Source of the DNA: Methylorubrum extorquens
GTDB taxonomy: Bacteria; Pseudomonadota; Alphaproteobacteria; Rhizobiales; Beijerinckiaceae
NCBI GenBank assembly: GCA_900234795.1
Contig: LT962688.1
Location: 4,980,001-5,012,000 of the forward strand
DNA: 32,000 nt
Direction: 5' to 3'
Position 1 is the stretch's first letter; every line of letters starts with the position of its first letter. Of the stretch, positions 7,563-17,544 are shown piece by piece. The notes under the pieces are model-generated. The model ran no database searches and was not told where the DNA came from. It worked only from the letters and a program-made list of their open reading frames with translations. The translations under genes and the position numbers were made by a program.

Positions 7563-8933
7563 TCAGAACGTGCAGGCCGTGAAGGCCGGATCGACCGACT
7601 TCTCCCAGGGGCCTTCGTAGTCGGCGAGGCGTTCCTGCGCGTGGCTGCGGCCGGCGGCCACGATCGCCTCCAGCGGCTGGAGATAGACCGCCTCGTCGCG
7701 GCCGTTGCCGTCGCGGCGCGCCCGCGCCTGAAGCCCGGTGCGGGCGATGGCGAGTGCCTCCGCCGCGACCGCGCCGAGGCAGCGCCCGCCGATGCTGGCA
7801 TGGAGCCCGAGCCGCGGCACGGCGGCACGCATCGATTCACGCTCGCTGGCGGACCAGCCGCGCACTAGATCCCACGCGGCGGAGAGGGCGGTCTCGTCGT
7901 AGAGGAGCCCGACCCAGAAAGCCGATTGCGCGGCGATCATCGCCGGCCCGCCGACATCGGCGCCGCGCATCTCGAGGAAGCGCTTGAGCCGCACTTCCGG
8001 GAAGACGGTGGAGGCGTGGTTCGCCCAATCCGAGACTGTGGCCCGCTCGCCCGGCAGTTGTGCGAGGCGCCCGGCCATCAGGTCGCGGAACGAGGCCCCG
8101 GCGACGTCGTGATAGGTCTCGCCGCGCTTGACGAAATACATCGGCACGTCGAGCAGCCAATCGGCGTAAGCCTCGTAGCCGAAGCCCTCATCGAAGGCGA
8201 AGGCCAGCATGCCGGTGCGGTCGGGGTCGGTGTCGCGCCAGATCTCCGAGCGGCGCGACAGGAAGCCGTTGGGCCGCCCATCGGTGAAGGGCGAGTTGGC
8301 GAACAGCGCCGTGGCGATGGGCTGGAGCGCGAGGCTGACGCGCATCTTGCGCACCATGTCGGCCTCTGAGGCGAAATCGACGTTCACCTGCACGGTCGCG
8401 GTGCGCAGCATCATGTCGAGGCCGAGCTTGCCCACCTTCGGCATGTAATTGCGCATGATGCGGTAGCGGCTCTTCGGCATCTGCGGCGTCGCCTCGCGGG
8501 TCCATTTCGGACTCATGCCGAGGTCGAGGAAGCCGATGCCGAGAGGCTCGGCCGCGCGCTTCGTCGCCGCGAGATGCTCGTCGAGTTCGGTCGCCGTCGC
8601 GTGGATGTCGGGCAGCGGCGCACCGGAGAGTTCGAACTGGCCGCCGGGCTCGATCGAGATCGCGCCACCGCCCTCGGGTCCTGCCAGGCCGATGATGTTG
8701 CCGGCATCCAGGATCGGCTCCCAGCCGGTCTCCCGGCCGAGATTTTCCAGAAGCGCCCGGATGCCGCGCTCGCCCTCATAGGGAACGGGCATGTGGTCGG
8801 CGGTGTAGAACGGGATCTTCTCGTGCTCGGTGCCGATCGCGAACCGTGCGCGCGGTTTCTCGCCCGCGGCGAACCACGCGATCAGTTCGTCCCGCGTCGT
8901 GAGCGGGGTGGTGTCGGACGTGTCGCGCGCCAT
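7563..8933 (-). CDS. gshA: Glutamate--cysteine ligase, plant/alphaproteobacterial type (GCS2 family)
   Basis: 456 aa. The length and motifs (IGTEHEKIPF, SIEPGGQFELSGAP, FPEVRLKRFLEMRGAD) match plant-type gamma-glutamylcysteine synthetase. Confidence 0.92.
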   Translation of the reverse strand: MARDTSDTTPLTTRDELIAWFAAGEKPRARFAIGTEHEKIPFYTADHMPVPYEGERGIRALLENLGRETGWEPILDAGNIIGLAGPEGGGAISIEPGGQFELSGAPLPDIHATATELDEHLAATKRAAEPLGIGFLDLGMSPKWTREATPQMPKSRYRIMRNYMPKVGKLGLDMMLRTATVQVNVDFASEADMVRKMRVSLALQPIATALFANSPFTDGRPNGFLSRRSEIWRDTDPDRTGMLAFAFDEGFGYEAYADWLLDVPMYFVKRGETYHDVAGASFRDLMAGRLAQLPGERATVSDWANHASTVFPEVRLKRFLEMRGADVGGPAMIAAQSAFWVGLLYDETALSAAWDLVRGWSASERESMRAAVPRLGLHASIGGRCLGAVAAEALAIARTGLQARARRDGNGRDEAVYLQPLEAIVAAGRSHAQERLADYEGPWEKSVDPAFTACTF

Positions 8934-9119
8934 GCGCTGCCTCGAAGGTAACGTCGGTCGAAGGGGTCAGCGGCGCGCCGAGAATCCGCCACCGGAGGGG
9001 CCGCCAGCGGCCGCACCGGATGTCGTGTCCTTAGAGGACGCTGCAAGACTGAACAACGCGCCCGCCGACCGCATGGCAGACATGACATAAGCTAATGTTT
9101 ACGGCGTCTGCCCCGCCGA

Positions 9120-10103
9120 TCACCGATCCGCGAAATAGGCTCCGTAGGCGGCCTGATCCACCCCCGCCCGAAGGAGAAGCTGGAGCATCAGCCGCGCTTT
9201 CACGCCCGACAGGATGCCGGCCGAGAGCGCGCCGCGACCCAGCAGATCGATCTCGCCACCGGGATACCCGTATGTGCGGGAGAACACAGGACCGGTCTCA
9301 GTGCGGGAGGCGAGCACCACCGGAAGCCGCGCGATCAGGGTGGAGACGATCTCGGCCAGCGCCTCCGGCACATGGCCCGCGCCCATTCCCTCGATCACGA
9401 CGCCCACGAAGCCGAGATCGGGCAGGGCGGCGAGCAGCCGTCCGTCGTCGCCGATCCCCATCTTCAGGAGCGCCACCGGGGCCGGCTCGTCCGTCAAAGG
9501 ACCGGTCAGGGTGAGGCTGCGGCGGGCTCGCAGGAAAATCCGGGCCTCGCCCTCGATCACGAGACCGACCGGGCCGGCGAGCGGTGAGCGGAAGGCCGAG
9601 GGCAGGGCGGTGTGGGCCTTCTGCACGAGGCGGGCGGCGTGGATCTCGTCGTTGAGGACGGCGAGCACGCCCATTTCCCGCGCCGAAGCGCTGCCCGCAA
9701 CGATGGTCGCGGCCAGCAGGTTGCCGGGCCCGTCGGCCCCGGCGCTTTCCGGCCCGCGCATCGCGCCGGTGACGACGACGGGCTTGTCGCCGGCGATCAA
9801 GCTGTCGAGGACGAAGGCCGTTTCCTCGATCGTGTCGGTGCCCTGGATCACCACCGCGCCGTCGAGGTCACCCGCGAGACGCTCATTCAGCGTGCGCGCC
9901 ACGCCGATGAGGTCGTCGAGGGTGAGCCCGGCGCTCGGCCGGCGTAGGGGCGAGAGCGTCTCGATGGATGCCACCGCGGCCAGCCCCGGCACCGAGCCTG
10001 CGAGGTCGGCGGCCGTCAGCGTCGGCACGATCCCGCCCTCAAGGCTCCGGGTCATGGTGATTGTCCCGCCGAGGGACAGGAGGAGGATGCGGGGCAGCAT
10101 CAT
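9120..10103 (-). CDS. L-asparaginase family protein
   Basis: 327 aa. The N-terminal LSLGGTITMT active-site motif and the IQGTDTIEETAF motif are present. Confidence 0.88.
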   Translation of the reverse strand: MMLPRILLLSLGGTITMTRSLEGGIVPTLTAADLAGSVPGLAAVASIETLSPLRRPSAGLTLDDLIGVARTLNERLAGDLDGAVVIQGTDTIEETAFVLDSLIAGDKPVVVTGAMRGPESAGADGPGNLLAATIVAGSASAREMGVLAVLNDEIHAARLVQKAHTALPSAFRSPLAGPVGLVIEGEARIFLRARRSLTLTGPLTDEPAPVALLKMGIGDDGRLLAALPDLGFVGVVIEGMGAGHVPEALAEIVSTLIARLPVVLASRTETGPVFSRTYGYPGGEIDLLGRGALSAGILSGVKARLMLQLLLRAGVDQAAYGAYFADR

Positions 10104-10132
10104 TCTTTAAGACATCCTCGAATCAACCGAAC

Positions 10133-10885
10133 TCACCGCGCATCCCCCAGCACGGCCTGCACCAGCGCGAGCACCGCCACGGCGGCCGTATCCGCCCGCA
10201 GGATGCGCGGACCCAGCGACAGCGCGACCGTGTTGGGGCGAGCGGCGATCAGCGCGCGCTCTTCGGCGTGGAACCCGCCCTCGGGACCGACCAGCACGGC
10301 GAGCGGCGGCGGGCTCGCCGGGTCGGCCGCGCCGCGCAGGGCCGCCACCGGATCGATGACCGATGCGTCCTCGTCGCAGAACACGAGCAGGCGATTCGCA
10401 TCGAGGGCATCGAGGCAGGCAGGCAGCCGGGCCGGCTCGCCGATCTCCGGCACGGAGAGGATGCCGCATTGCTCGGCCGCCTCGATCGCATTGGCCTGGA
10501 GACGATCGAGCTTGATCCGCTCGCCTTGGGTGAAGCGGGTGAAGACCGGCTGGAGGCGCCCCGCGCCCATCTCCACCGCCTTCTGCGCCATGTAGTCGAT
10601 CCGGCCCGTCTTCAGCGGCGCGAACAGGTAGTGCAGGTCGGCCGGCGCCGGCTGCGGCCGGGTCTGCGCCACCACGCGCAGGTCTGCGCTCTTGCGGCCC
10701 TGCGGCACGATCTCGGCGCGCCACTCGCCGTCGCGCCCGTTGAACAGCAGGACGGGCTCGCCCTCCGCGCGGCGCAAAACCGTGAGCAGGTAGTTCGCCT
10801 GCGCCCGCTCCAGCGGCAGGACGCGCCCCTCCGCTAGATCCGCTTCGACGAAGAGGCGTGGAGCGGTGAAGTCGTAAGCAGCCAT
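10133..10885 (-). CDS. rsmE: 16S rRNA (uracil1498-N3)-methyltransferase
   Basis: 250 aa from the ATG at 10885 (MAAYDFTAPRLFV...). The N-terminal PUA-like region and the C-terminal SPOUT signature (LLVGPEGGF..EE, LGPRILRADTA) are present. Confidence 0.88.
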   Translation of the reverse strand: MAAYDFTAPRLFVEADLAEGRVLPLERAQANYLLTVLRRAEGEPVLLFNGRDGEWRAEIVPQGRKSADLRVVAQTRPQPAPADLHYLFAPLKTGRIDYMAQKAVEMGAGRLQPVFTRFTQGERIKLDRLQANAIEAAEQCGILSVPEIGEPARLPACLDALDANRLLVFCDEDASVIDPVAALRGAADPASPPPLAVLVGPEGGFHAEERALIAARPNTVALSLGPRILRADTAAVAVLALVQAVLGDAR

Positions 10886-11192
10886 GGTCTCTCGCAGGCA
10901 AGCCGGTCTCGTCGCGTGGCGGCCCCGGCCTGTCAATCGGCAGCGGCCCGACGCTCACTGATGCAAAAACAACACGCCCCGAATGTTTCAAGGCGTTTCC
11001 CACGCTCCTGGCATTCGTGCGGCGGAAGGCACCATTGGCGCCACAATCCCGTGCGCAGAAGACTTCCGCATCGAAACACTTCAAGCCCCTCTGCCGGGCC
11101 CGCGGCGCGAACCGCCAGGGATTCAGGCCGGATGGGCGCTGCGGGATCGGGGGTACACCCGTCGCGGCATGCGGGGAGAAGGACCGGGCCGA

Positions 11193-11795
11193 ATGTCTGC
11201 CAGGATTGTTGCACCGACGAAGACCGCCGCCGCTCTTGTCGGCCTTGTCCTGCTGGCTGGGCCGGCTCTGGCCCAAAGCATGGGCGGGATGCCGCTGCCG
11301 TCGATGGATACGCCGGCGGAGCCCGCGCCCTCGGCCGGCGCGCCGATGAGCGTTCCCGCGCCGATGGCTCCGGCTGCGCCCGCCCAATCCGTGCCGCAGC
11401 AGGCGGGCACGGATTGCAGCTCGATCCAGAAGACGCTGATCGAGCGCAAGAACCTCGTGGCCAAGGCGAACTCCGCCTCGAACTCGAAGAAGAAGATGAC
11501 GCCGCAGGAGGCGTGCTCCCTGTTCGGCCAGCTCCAGGCCAACGGCGCCACCGGCATCAAGTGGATCACCGCCAACAAGGAGTGGTGCTCGATCCCGGAT
11601 TCGTTCTCGGAAGGCTTCAAGGCCGACCATAACAAGGTCGCGGCGATCCGCACCAAGGTCTGCGGCATCGCTGCCCAAGCCACGAAGATGGAAGCCCAGG
11701 CCAAGACCCAGGCGCAGAACGGCGGCGGTGGCGGCGGTCTGCTCGGCGGTCCCGGCCTGTCGGGCGCCTTCCGCATGCCGCAGGGCGCGCTTTAA
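11193..11795 (+). CDS. Secreted hypothetical protein (Pro/Ala-rich linker, 4-Cys domain, Gly-rich tail)
   Basis: ATG at 11193 follows GGGGAGAAGGA. The signal peptide is MSARIVAPTKTAAALVGLVLLAGPALAQS. The upstream part of the 270-aa ORF does not look coding. Confidence 0.65.
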   Translation: MSARIVAPTKTAAALVGLVLLAGPALAQSMGGMPLPSMDTPAEPAPSAGAPMSVPAPMAPAAPAQSVPQQAGTDCSSIQKTLIERKNLVAKANSASNSKKKMTPQEACSLFGQLQANGATGIKWITANKEWCSIPDSFSEGFKADHNKVAAIRTKVCGIAAQATKMEAQAKTQAQNGGGGGGLLGGPGLSGAFRMPQGAL

Positions 11796-11830
11796 AAGAC
11801 GCGCTTTAAGTCCTCAGCGCCGCGTCACCG

Positions 11831-12781
11831 TTGCCCTCTCCGTCCGAGCCCGGCTCCGGCCGCGTCGCCGACGCGGTCGCCGGCCAGTGGGCCGACCGGC
11901 TCGCGCCGGCCGGGGCGCGGCCCTATCTGCGCCTCGCCCGGATCGAGCGGCCGATCGGCTGGTGGCTGCTGTTGCTGCCGTGCTGGTGGTCGGCGGCCCT
12001 CGCGGCGACCGCCGCCGGCAATCCCGGCCCTCATCCCGGCCATCTCGTGCTGTTCCTGATCGGCGCGGTGGCGATGCGCGGCGCCGGCTCGACCTACAAC
12101 GACATCGCCGACCGGAAGCTCGACGCGCAGGTCGAGCGCACCCGCTCGCGCCCGCTCCCCTCGGGGCAGGTGACGACGAAACAGGCCGCCGCCTTCCTCG
12201 TGTCCCAGGCGCTGGTCGGCCTCGCGGTGCTGCTGCAATTCAACGCGACCGCGATCCTCGTCGGCATGCTCTCGCTGGCGCCGGTGGCGATCTACCCGTT
12301 CATGAAGCGGGTAATGCCGATGCCGCAGGCGGTGCTCGGCCTCGCCTTCGGCTGGGGCGCCTTGATGGGCTGGGTCGCCGTGTTCGGCCGCCTCGATCCG
12401 CCGGCCCTGTGGCTCTATGCGGGCACGATCTGCTGGATCGTTGGCTACGACACGATCTACGCGGTGCAGGACATCGAGGATGACGAGATCGTCGGCATCC
12501 ATTCCTCGGCCCGGCTGTTCGGGGCGCGCCTGCGGCTCGCGGTGGGGCTGTGTTACGCCGGCACCATCGCCCTGTTCGTGCCGGCGCTGATCGGTGCCGG
12601 GGCTGGCCTCTTGAGCTGGATTGGGCTCGGGCTGTTCGCCGCCCATCTCGCCCGGCAGGTCATGCATCTTTCCGAGCGCGACGGCCTGCGGGCCCTGGCG
12701 CTGTTCCGCTCGAACCGCGATGCGGGCCTCATCCTGTTCGCGGGGCTCGCCGCCGACGCGCTGTGGCAGGGTCTGCACTGA
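11831..12781 (+). CDS. ubiA: 4-hydroxybenzoate polyprenyltransferase
   Basis: 316 aa polytopic membrane protein. It has the NDIADRKLDAQVERTRSRPLPSG and YDTIYAVQDIEDD motifs of UbiA. The TTG start is uncertain. Confidence 0.88.
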   Translation: MPSPSEPGSGRVADAVAGQWADRLAPAGARPYLRLARIERPIGWWLLLLPCWWSAALAATAAGNPGPHPGHLVLFLIGAVAMRGAGSTYNDIADRKLDAQVERTRSRPLPSGQVTTKQAAAFLVSQALVGLAVLLQFNATAILVGMLSLAPVAIYPFMKRVMPMPQAVLGLAFGWGALMGWVAVFGRLDPPALWLYAGTICWIVGYDTIYAVQDIEDDEIVGIHSSARLFGARLRLAVGLCYAGTIALFVPALIGAGAGLLSWIGLGLFAAHLARQVMHLSERDGLRALALFRSNRDAGLILFAGLAADALWQGLH

Positions 12782-12824
12782 ATCGGCCGTGGCGAGGGCT
12801 CGTCCCCGCGCCATATTCGATTCC

Positions 12825-13013
12825 ATGAGTGAGACCGATCCGCACCGACCACCCGACGATCCGATTACCGAGGGCGCCCGTGCCCGGATCCAGGGGCGTC
12901 CGCGCGACGCCTGCCCCTATCCGGTGAATTCGCCCGAGCGCACGGCGTGGCTCGAGGGCTATGACGGCTCTCCGGCCGACCGTTCGCCGGACAGGCCGCT
13001 CGACAACGGCTGA
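12825..13013 (+). CDS. Small Rmf/CrpP-fold-like protein
   Basis: 62 aa from the ATG at 12825. The pattern EGARARIQGRPRDACPYP...ERTAWLEGYD resembles the G..A...G....CPY......W..GY signature of the Rmf/CrpP family. Confidence 0.5.
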   Translation: MSETDPHRPPDDPITEGARARIQGRPRDACPYPVNSPERTAWLEGYDGSPADRSPDRPLDNG

Positions 13014-13027
13014 GGCGGGACACCGTC

Positions 13028-13528
13028 TCAGCCGCGGGAGATGATTTCGCTCTCGCCCCGGTGGATGCAGGGCCGGGCCGGGAGACGGGCGGGCTTGCGC
13101 CGCACGAGGAAGCGCGGGCGGCGTCCGCTGAGCGCGGCGTGACGGCGGCGCTGGCGGCCCTTGCCGAGCACGACCGGGCCGAGCTGCTGCGAGACCGGGA
13201 CGATGGCGCCGTCCTCGCGCAGCAGCATCCGGGCGAGACCGCCCGTGGTCGAGATGTCGCGCCACACCGCCACGACATCCTCCTCCGGGAACGGCCCGAG
13301 CCGCATCGTCACCTCGCCCTCGCCATCGACGAGAAGCAGCGAGAAGCGGTCCTCCCCGCAGGCATCGGCCGCATCGTCGGCAAACGCCAGCGCCACACCG
13401 ACGGGCGCGAGGCCGTGGGCCGCCCCAAGAACCGGCAGCGGCGTCGCCTGAACCGTGATGCAGGGCGCGCTCATCTCGTCCTCGCCGCCGGGCCGACAGT
13501 TCTGATTCATGATCTCGAAAGTCATCAT
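13028..13528 (-). CDS. Hypothetical protein
   Basis: 166-aa ORF with plausible composition and high GC3. The opposite-strand ORFs are Arg-rich. The start is uncertain; an internal ATG (MSAPCITV...) has a GAGGA upstream. No family recognised. Confidence 0.5.
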   Translation of the reverse strand: MMTFEIMNQNCRPGGEDEMSAPCITVQATPLPVLGAAHGLAPVGVALAFADDAADACGEDRFSLLLVDGEGEVTMRLGPFPEEDVVAVWRDISTTGGLARMLLREDGAIVPVSQQLGPVVLGKGRQRRRHAALSGRRPRFLVRRKPARLPARPCIHRGESEIISRG

Positions 13529-13893
13529 CGGTTCGACGCCCTATCCCGTGTCGCGGTCTCTGTCGGACGCGCTGATCTGACAAGCACAGTGCCGGTCGTC
13601 TCCCCCAAGGCGCCTTAAGAGTGAGCGTTAAGCGTTCGTGGATCGAGCCGAAGTCTGCCGGATGCTCAACGGACCCTTGCCGGGATTGGTGCAAATGTCG
13701 GTAACCGTGTGGGCGCCGTGGCGCCGGCTCGGCAATGCCGCCGATCGGGTGCGGGGCCGGGGCGGCCGGCCCTGCATCACTGCGTTCCGAAATCCGATGG
13801 CTACTTTTTCCGCCGATGCTCTAGAACGAAAGGGTGTCGGCGCCGTTCAAGCGGCATGAGGCCGGCTTTGAACGAACGGCTCCGACCGGATCC

Positions 13894-14712
13894 ATGACCC
13901 AGACGACATCCTCTCTCGCGGCGCTGCGGCCCGTGCTGCACGACGCGATCCGGGAGGCCGCCGCGCTCGCGCTGCCCTTCTTCCGCCAGGGGGATCAGAC
14001 CAGCGCCAGGGTCTGGTCGAAGGCTGGCGGCTCGCCGGTTACCGAGGCGGACGTCGCCGTGGACACCTTCCTCAAGATCCGGCTGTCGCAGATCGAGCCG
14101 CGGGCGGCTTGGCTCTCGGAGGAGACCAGCGACGATCCGGTGCGGCTCGGCCACGACTTCGTCTGGATCGTCGATCCGATCGACGGCACCCGCGCCTTCC
14201 TGTCCGGACATCCGGATTGGTCGATCGCCGTCGCTTTGCTGGCCCGGGGCGAGCCGGTGCTCGGCGGTGTCTTCGCCCCAGCGACCGAGCAGTTCTACGA
14301 GGCCGTGGCGGGCGAGGGCGCGACCCTCAACGGAGCGCCGATCCGCGTCGCGCCGCAGGCCACGCTGGAGGGCGCACGCATTACCGGTCCGAAGCCAATG
14401 CAAGACCGCCTGCTCGACGGCGCGGCGCGGCTCGGGCCGCGCCCCTCGGTCACGGTGGTCGATCGCGTGCCCTCGCTGGCCCTGCGGCTCGCGCGGGTGG
14501 CCGAGGGCCGGATCGATCTCGGCCTCGTCTCCCGGGATGCGCGGGACTGGGATCTCGCCGGCGCGGACCTCATCGTTCGCGAGGCGGGCGGCGTGGTCTG
14601 TGATCTCCAAGGCCGGCCGGCGGTCTATAACCGCCCGGAGCCGCGTCACGGCGAACTGATCGCCGTGCCGCTGCCGCTGCGCGATCCCGCTCTGGCTGCG
14701 CTGGAGGCGTGA
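13894..14712 (+). CDS. Inositol monophosphatase family protein (CysQ-like 3'(2'),5'-bisphosphate nucleotidase candidate)
   Basis: The WLSEET and WIVDPIDGTRAFL metal-binding motifs and a later WDLAGADLIVREAGG motif are present. I chose the ATG at 13894. Confidence 0.85.
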   Translation: MTQTTSSLAALRPVLHDAIREAAALALPFFRQGDQTSARVWSKAGGSPVTEADVAVDTFLKIRLSQIEPRAAWLSEETSDDPVRLGHDFVWIVDPIDGTRAFLSGHPDWSIAVALLARGEPVLGGVFAPATEQFYEAVAGEGATLNGAPIRVAPQATLEGARITGPKPMQDRLLDGAARLGPRPSVTVVDRVPSLALRLARVAEGRIDLGLVSRDARDWDLAGADLIVREAGGVVCDLQGRPAVYNRPEPRHGELIAVPLPLRDPALAALEA

Positions 14713-14776
14713 GCGCCGGAGCCGCCGGAATCGAGCAAGCTCGCTCGCTCGGGTAAAGGGTAAGGGGGCTGCGGCC

Positions 14777-15400
14777 CTACCGCGCGGTATTCACCCAGCG
14801 CACGAGGTCGGCGAGGACTTGGCCCAAAGCCGCATCGAGGCCGGCGGCGGCGCTTTGCGGATCGACCTTCTTCACCGGCACGCGGGCGGTGAAGACGCGG
14901 GCGTTGACGACCCGTCCGGTTCCCTCGGCGATCAGCTTGGCCGAGAGGTCGACCACGGCTTCGCCGGTGCCGGAATTGACGTCGAACTCGCGGATCTCGC
15001 TGACGAGCTGGTAGTCCGACGGCACCTTGTCGCTGGGCCGCGAGACCGAGCGCAGGCGGCCGGTATTCTCCAGGCTCTGGATCACCCGCGTCTGGATCAG
15101 CCGCGGCAGGCGGTCGGCCCACTGGCCGCCGCCGAGGAAGGACAGGGAGCCGCCGGGCTCGCGCACGATGATGCGGTCGGCCTCCATCGGCTGCAGGCCG
15201 ACGGGCTCGGACACGACGATCGAGCGTGCTGCGCCGCCCGCCCGCGCCTGACCCGGCAGGGCGGCGAGGTCGAAGGTGAGCGGCGTGCCGCCGCCGCAGC
15301 CGCCGAGGAGCGCGAGCGGCGCGAGAAGGGCGCCCGCCCTCAGGATGCGGCCGGACAGGTGGCGACCGGGAAGAGCAGGCGAGAGAGGAAGACGCGTCAT
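14777..15400 (-). CDS. ABC-type transport auxiliary lipoprotein (PqiC/DUF330-like)
   Basis: Lipobox LALLGGCGG is present. It is the last gene of the MCE operon, about 207 aa from the ATG at 15400. Confidence 0.75.
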   Translation of the reverse strand: MTRLPLSPALPGRHLSGRILRAGALLAPLALLGGCGGGTPLTFDLAALPGQARAGGAARSIVVSEPVGLQPMEADRIIVREPGGSLSFLGGGQWADRLPRLIQTRVIQSLENTGRLRSVSRPSDKVPSDYQLVSEIREFDVNSGTGEAVVDLSAKLIAEGTGRVVNARVFTARVPVKKVDPQSAAAGLDAALGQVLADLVRWVNTAR

Positions 15401-15520
15401 ACGCTCGGGCACCGTCCGTTCGCTGTCGGGGAGACTGACACCCCCTCTAGCACGCGGGAGCATACGCCAACGCTCAAGCTGCGCCGTGCGTGCCGACACA
15501 TCGTCCGGAAACCGAACCGC

Positions 15521-16603
15521 TCAGCGGCCACCGTTGTATTCCGGCAACGACGGCTTGCCGCCGAAAATAACCTGTGATGGGTCTCGCTCCAGGCTGCGGG
15601 CCGCCCGGCTCAGGGTGTTGAGCGTGCGCTGGCCGTCGCTCGACAGCGCCTCGACCTCGCGCCGGCTCGTACCCGACAGGCGGTTGAAGCTCGTCGAGAT
15701 GTTGGCGGTGCGCTTGTCGAGGTTCTCCGACAGCGCCCGGAACGCCCGGCCGGCGTCGCGCACGGAGATCGCCGCCTCGCGGATCTCGGCGAAGGTGCCC
15801 GCGCCCTGCTGGCCCGAGGCCGAGCCGAGGAAGCCCTCCGCGCCCTTGAGCACGCCGTCGATCTTGTCGGCGGAGGCGTTGAGCTTGGCCGCGAGGCTGC
15901 GGGCGTCGTGCAACCCGGCCTGGATATCCCCGCTCGAATTCGCCAGCGCGGTCGAGAAGGTCTCGGCGTTCTCGATCACGCGGTTGAGGCGCTGCCCGTC
16001 CACCGATTTGACGAGGCCGGCGATGGAGGGACCGGCTTCGGCCAGCGTCTTCGAGAAGGACTCGACATTGGCGAGGGTGCGGTTGATCGCGCCCTCGTTG
16101 CCGGCCACCACTTTGTCGAGGCGCTGGAGCACGTCGTCGGCCCGCTGCGCGATCTGCTTGGCCGCCGCCATCATGTCCTGAATGTCGCTCGAATCGGCGA
16201 AGATCGTCGGCATCTTGTCGCCTGAGCCCGGCGTGAGGGCGGGCGCGTCGGCGCTGCCGCCGGAGAGCGCGATCTGGGAGACGCCGGTCAGCATCGCGGA
16301 ATCGAGCCGCGCGCGGGTGTCGGCGCGCAGCGGCGTCGAGGGATCGACCTGCACGATCGCCACGACGCGGCGCGGGTCCTGCGGCAACAGGCGCACGTCG
16401 AGCGCCTCGCCGACCTTGATGCCGTTGAACGAAACCGTCGAACCCTTGGCCAGCCCCCCGACCGAGCCGGAGAACACGATGCGGAGCGCCTGGGTCGCCT
16501 GTCCCCGGGAGCCGCCCTGGAGCCAGAACACGAAGCCGAAGGCGGCCAGCACGACGCCGATGGTGAAGGCGCCGATCAGGACGTAGTTTGCGCGAGTCTC
16601 CAT
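15521..16603 (-). CDS. MlaD/MCE family substrate-binding protein
   Basis: The N-terminus METRANYVLIGAFTIGVVLAAFGFVFWL forms a TM anchor followed by an MCE domain (FNGIKVGEA). The long helical C-terminal region is typical of the family. Confidence 0.85.
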   Translation of the reverse strand: METRANYVLIGAFTIGVVLAAFGFVFWLQGGSRGQATQALRIVFSGSVGGLAKGSTVSFNGIKVGEALDVRLLPQDPRRVVAIVQVDPSTPLRADTRARLDSAMLTGVSQIALSGGSADAPALTPGSGDKMPTIFADSSDIQDMMAAAKQIAQRADDVLQRLDKVVAGNEGAINRTLANVESFSKTLAEAGPSIAGLVKSVDGQRLNRVIENAETFSTALANSSGDIQAGLHDARSLAAKLNASADKIDGVLKGAEGFLGSASGQQGAGTFAEIREAAISVRDAGRAFRALSENLDKRTANISTSFNRLSGTSRREVEALSSDGQRTLNTLSRAARSLERDPSQVIFGGKPSLPEYNGGR

Positions 16604-16674
16604 CGGCTCAGCTCTAATCCCGATCCGAGGGGGCGAAGCGGTGCGAAACCGCACCGGGGGCGATCATCCGGGCC

Positions 16675-17511
16675 TTACGCATGGGCGTAGCCGGGCTGCG
16701 AGAGTTGGCTCGGCGTGGCGATGGCGCGGGCGCGCTTGCCGTGGAAGTAGGAGCGCAGCCAGGGATGGTCGCTCGCCAGCATCTCCTCGATCGTCCCCTG
16801 CGCGATGATCCGGCCGTCGCCCAGCGCCGCGATGCGGTCGCAGGCGGTGTAGAGGCTGTCGAGATCGTGCGTCACCATGAAGACCGTCAGGCCGAGCGTC
16901 TTCTTCAGGGTCGAGACGAGGTCGTCGAACTCGCCCGCGCCGATCGGGTCGAGGCCCGAGGTCGGCTCGTCGAGGAACAGGATCTCCGGGTCCAGCGCCA
17001 GCGAGCGGGCGAGCGCGGCGCGCTTGATCATGCCGCCCGAGAGTTCCGAGGGGTACTTGTCGGCCGCATCCGGCTTGAGGCCGACCATCTCGATCTTGAG
17101 GCGGGCGAACTCGTCGAGCAGGCGCTCGGACAGCTTCAGATGCTCGCGCATCGGCATCTGGATGTTCTGCTTGACGGTGAGGCCCGAGAACAGCGCCCCC
17201 TGCTGGAACAGCACGCCCCAGCGCTGCTCCAACTGGCGGCGCCGGGCCACAGTGAGTCCGTCCACGTTCTCGCCGAAGATCTCGATCGTGCCCGAGCGTT
17301 TCGGCACCAGCCCGAGGATGGTGCGCGTCAGCACCGACTTGCCCTGGCCCGAGGGACCGACGAATCCCAGAATCTCGCCGCGGCGGATGTCGAGGTCGAG
17401 CCCCTTCATCACCGTGCGCTGGCCGAAGCCGACCACGAGATCGCGCACGCGAATAATCGCGTCGCTCTGGGCGGCGGTTGGCCCGGCCGGGGAAAGATGA
17501 GGGGTGGTCAA
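16675..17511 (-). CDS. ABC transporter ATP-binding protein (MlaF-like)
   Basis: Walker A GPSGQGKS, signature LSGGMIKR and Walker B ILFLDEPTSGLD are present. The TTG start is uncertain. Confidence 0.88.
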   Translation of the reverse strand: MTTPHLSPAGPTAAQSDAIIRVRDLVVGFGQRTVMKGLDLDIRRGEILGFVGPSGQGKSVLTRTILGLVPKRSGTIEIFGENVDGLTVARRRQLEQRWGVLFQQGALFSGLTVKQNIQMPMREHLKLSERLLDEFARLKIEMVGLKPDAADKYPSELSGGMIKRAALARSLALDPEILFLDEPTSGLDPIGAGEFDDLVSTLKKTLGLTVFMVTHDLDSLYTACDRIAALGDGRIIAQGTIEEMLASDHPWLRSYFHGKRARAIATPSQLSQPGYAHA

Positions 17512-17544
17512 AGGGTCCGTCCGAACGTCGTCTGCCTAAAAAGG

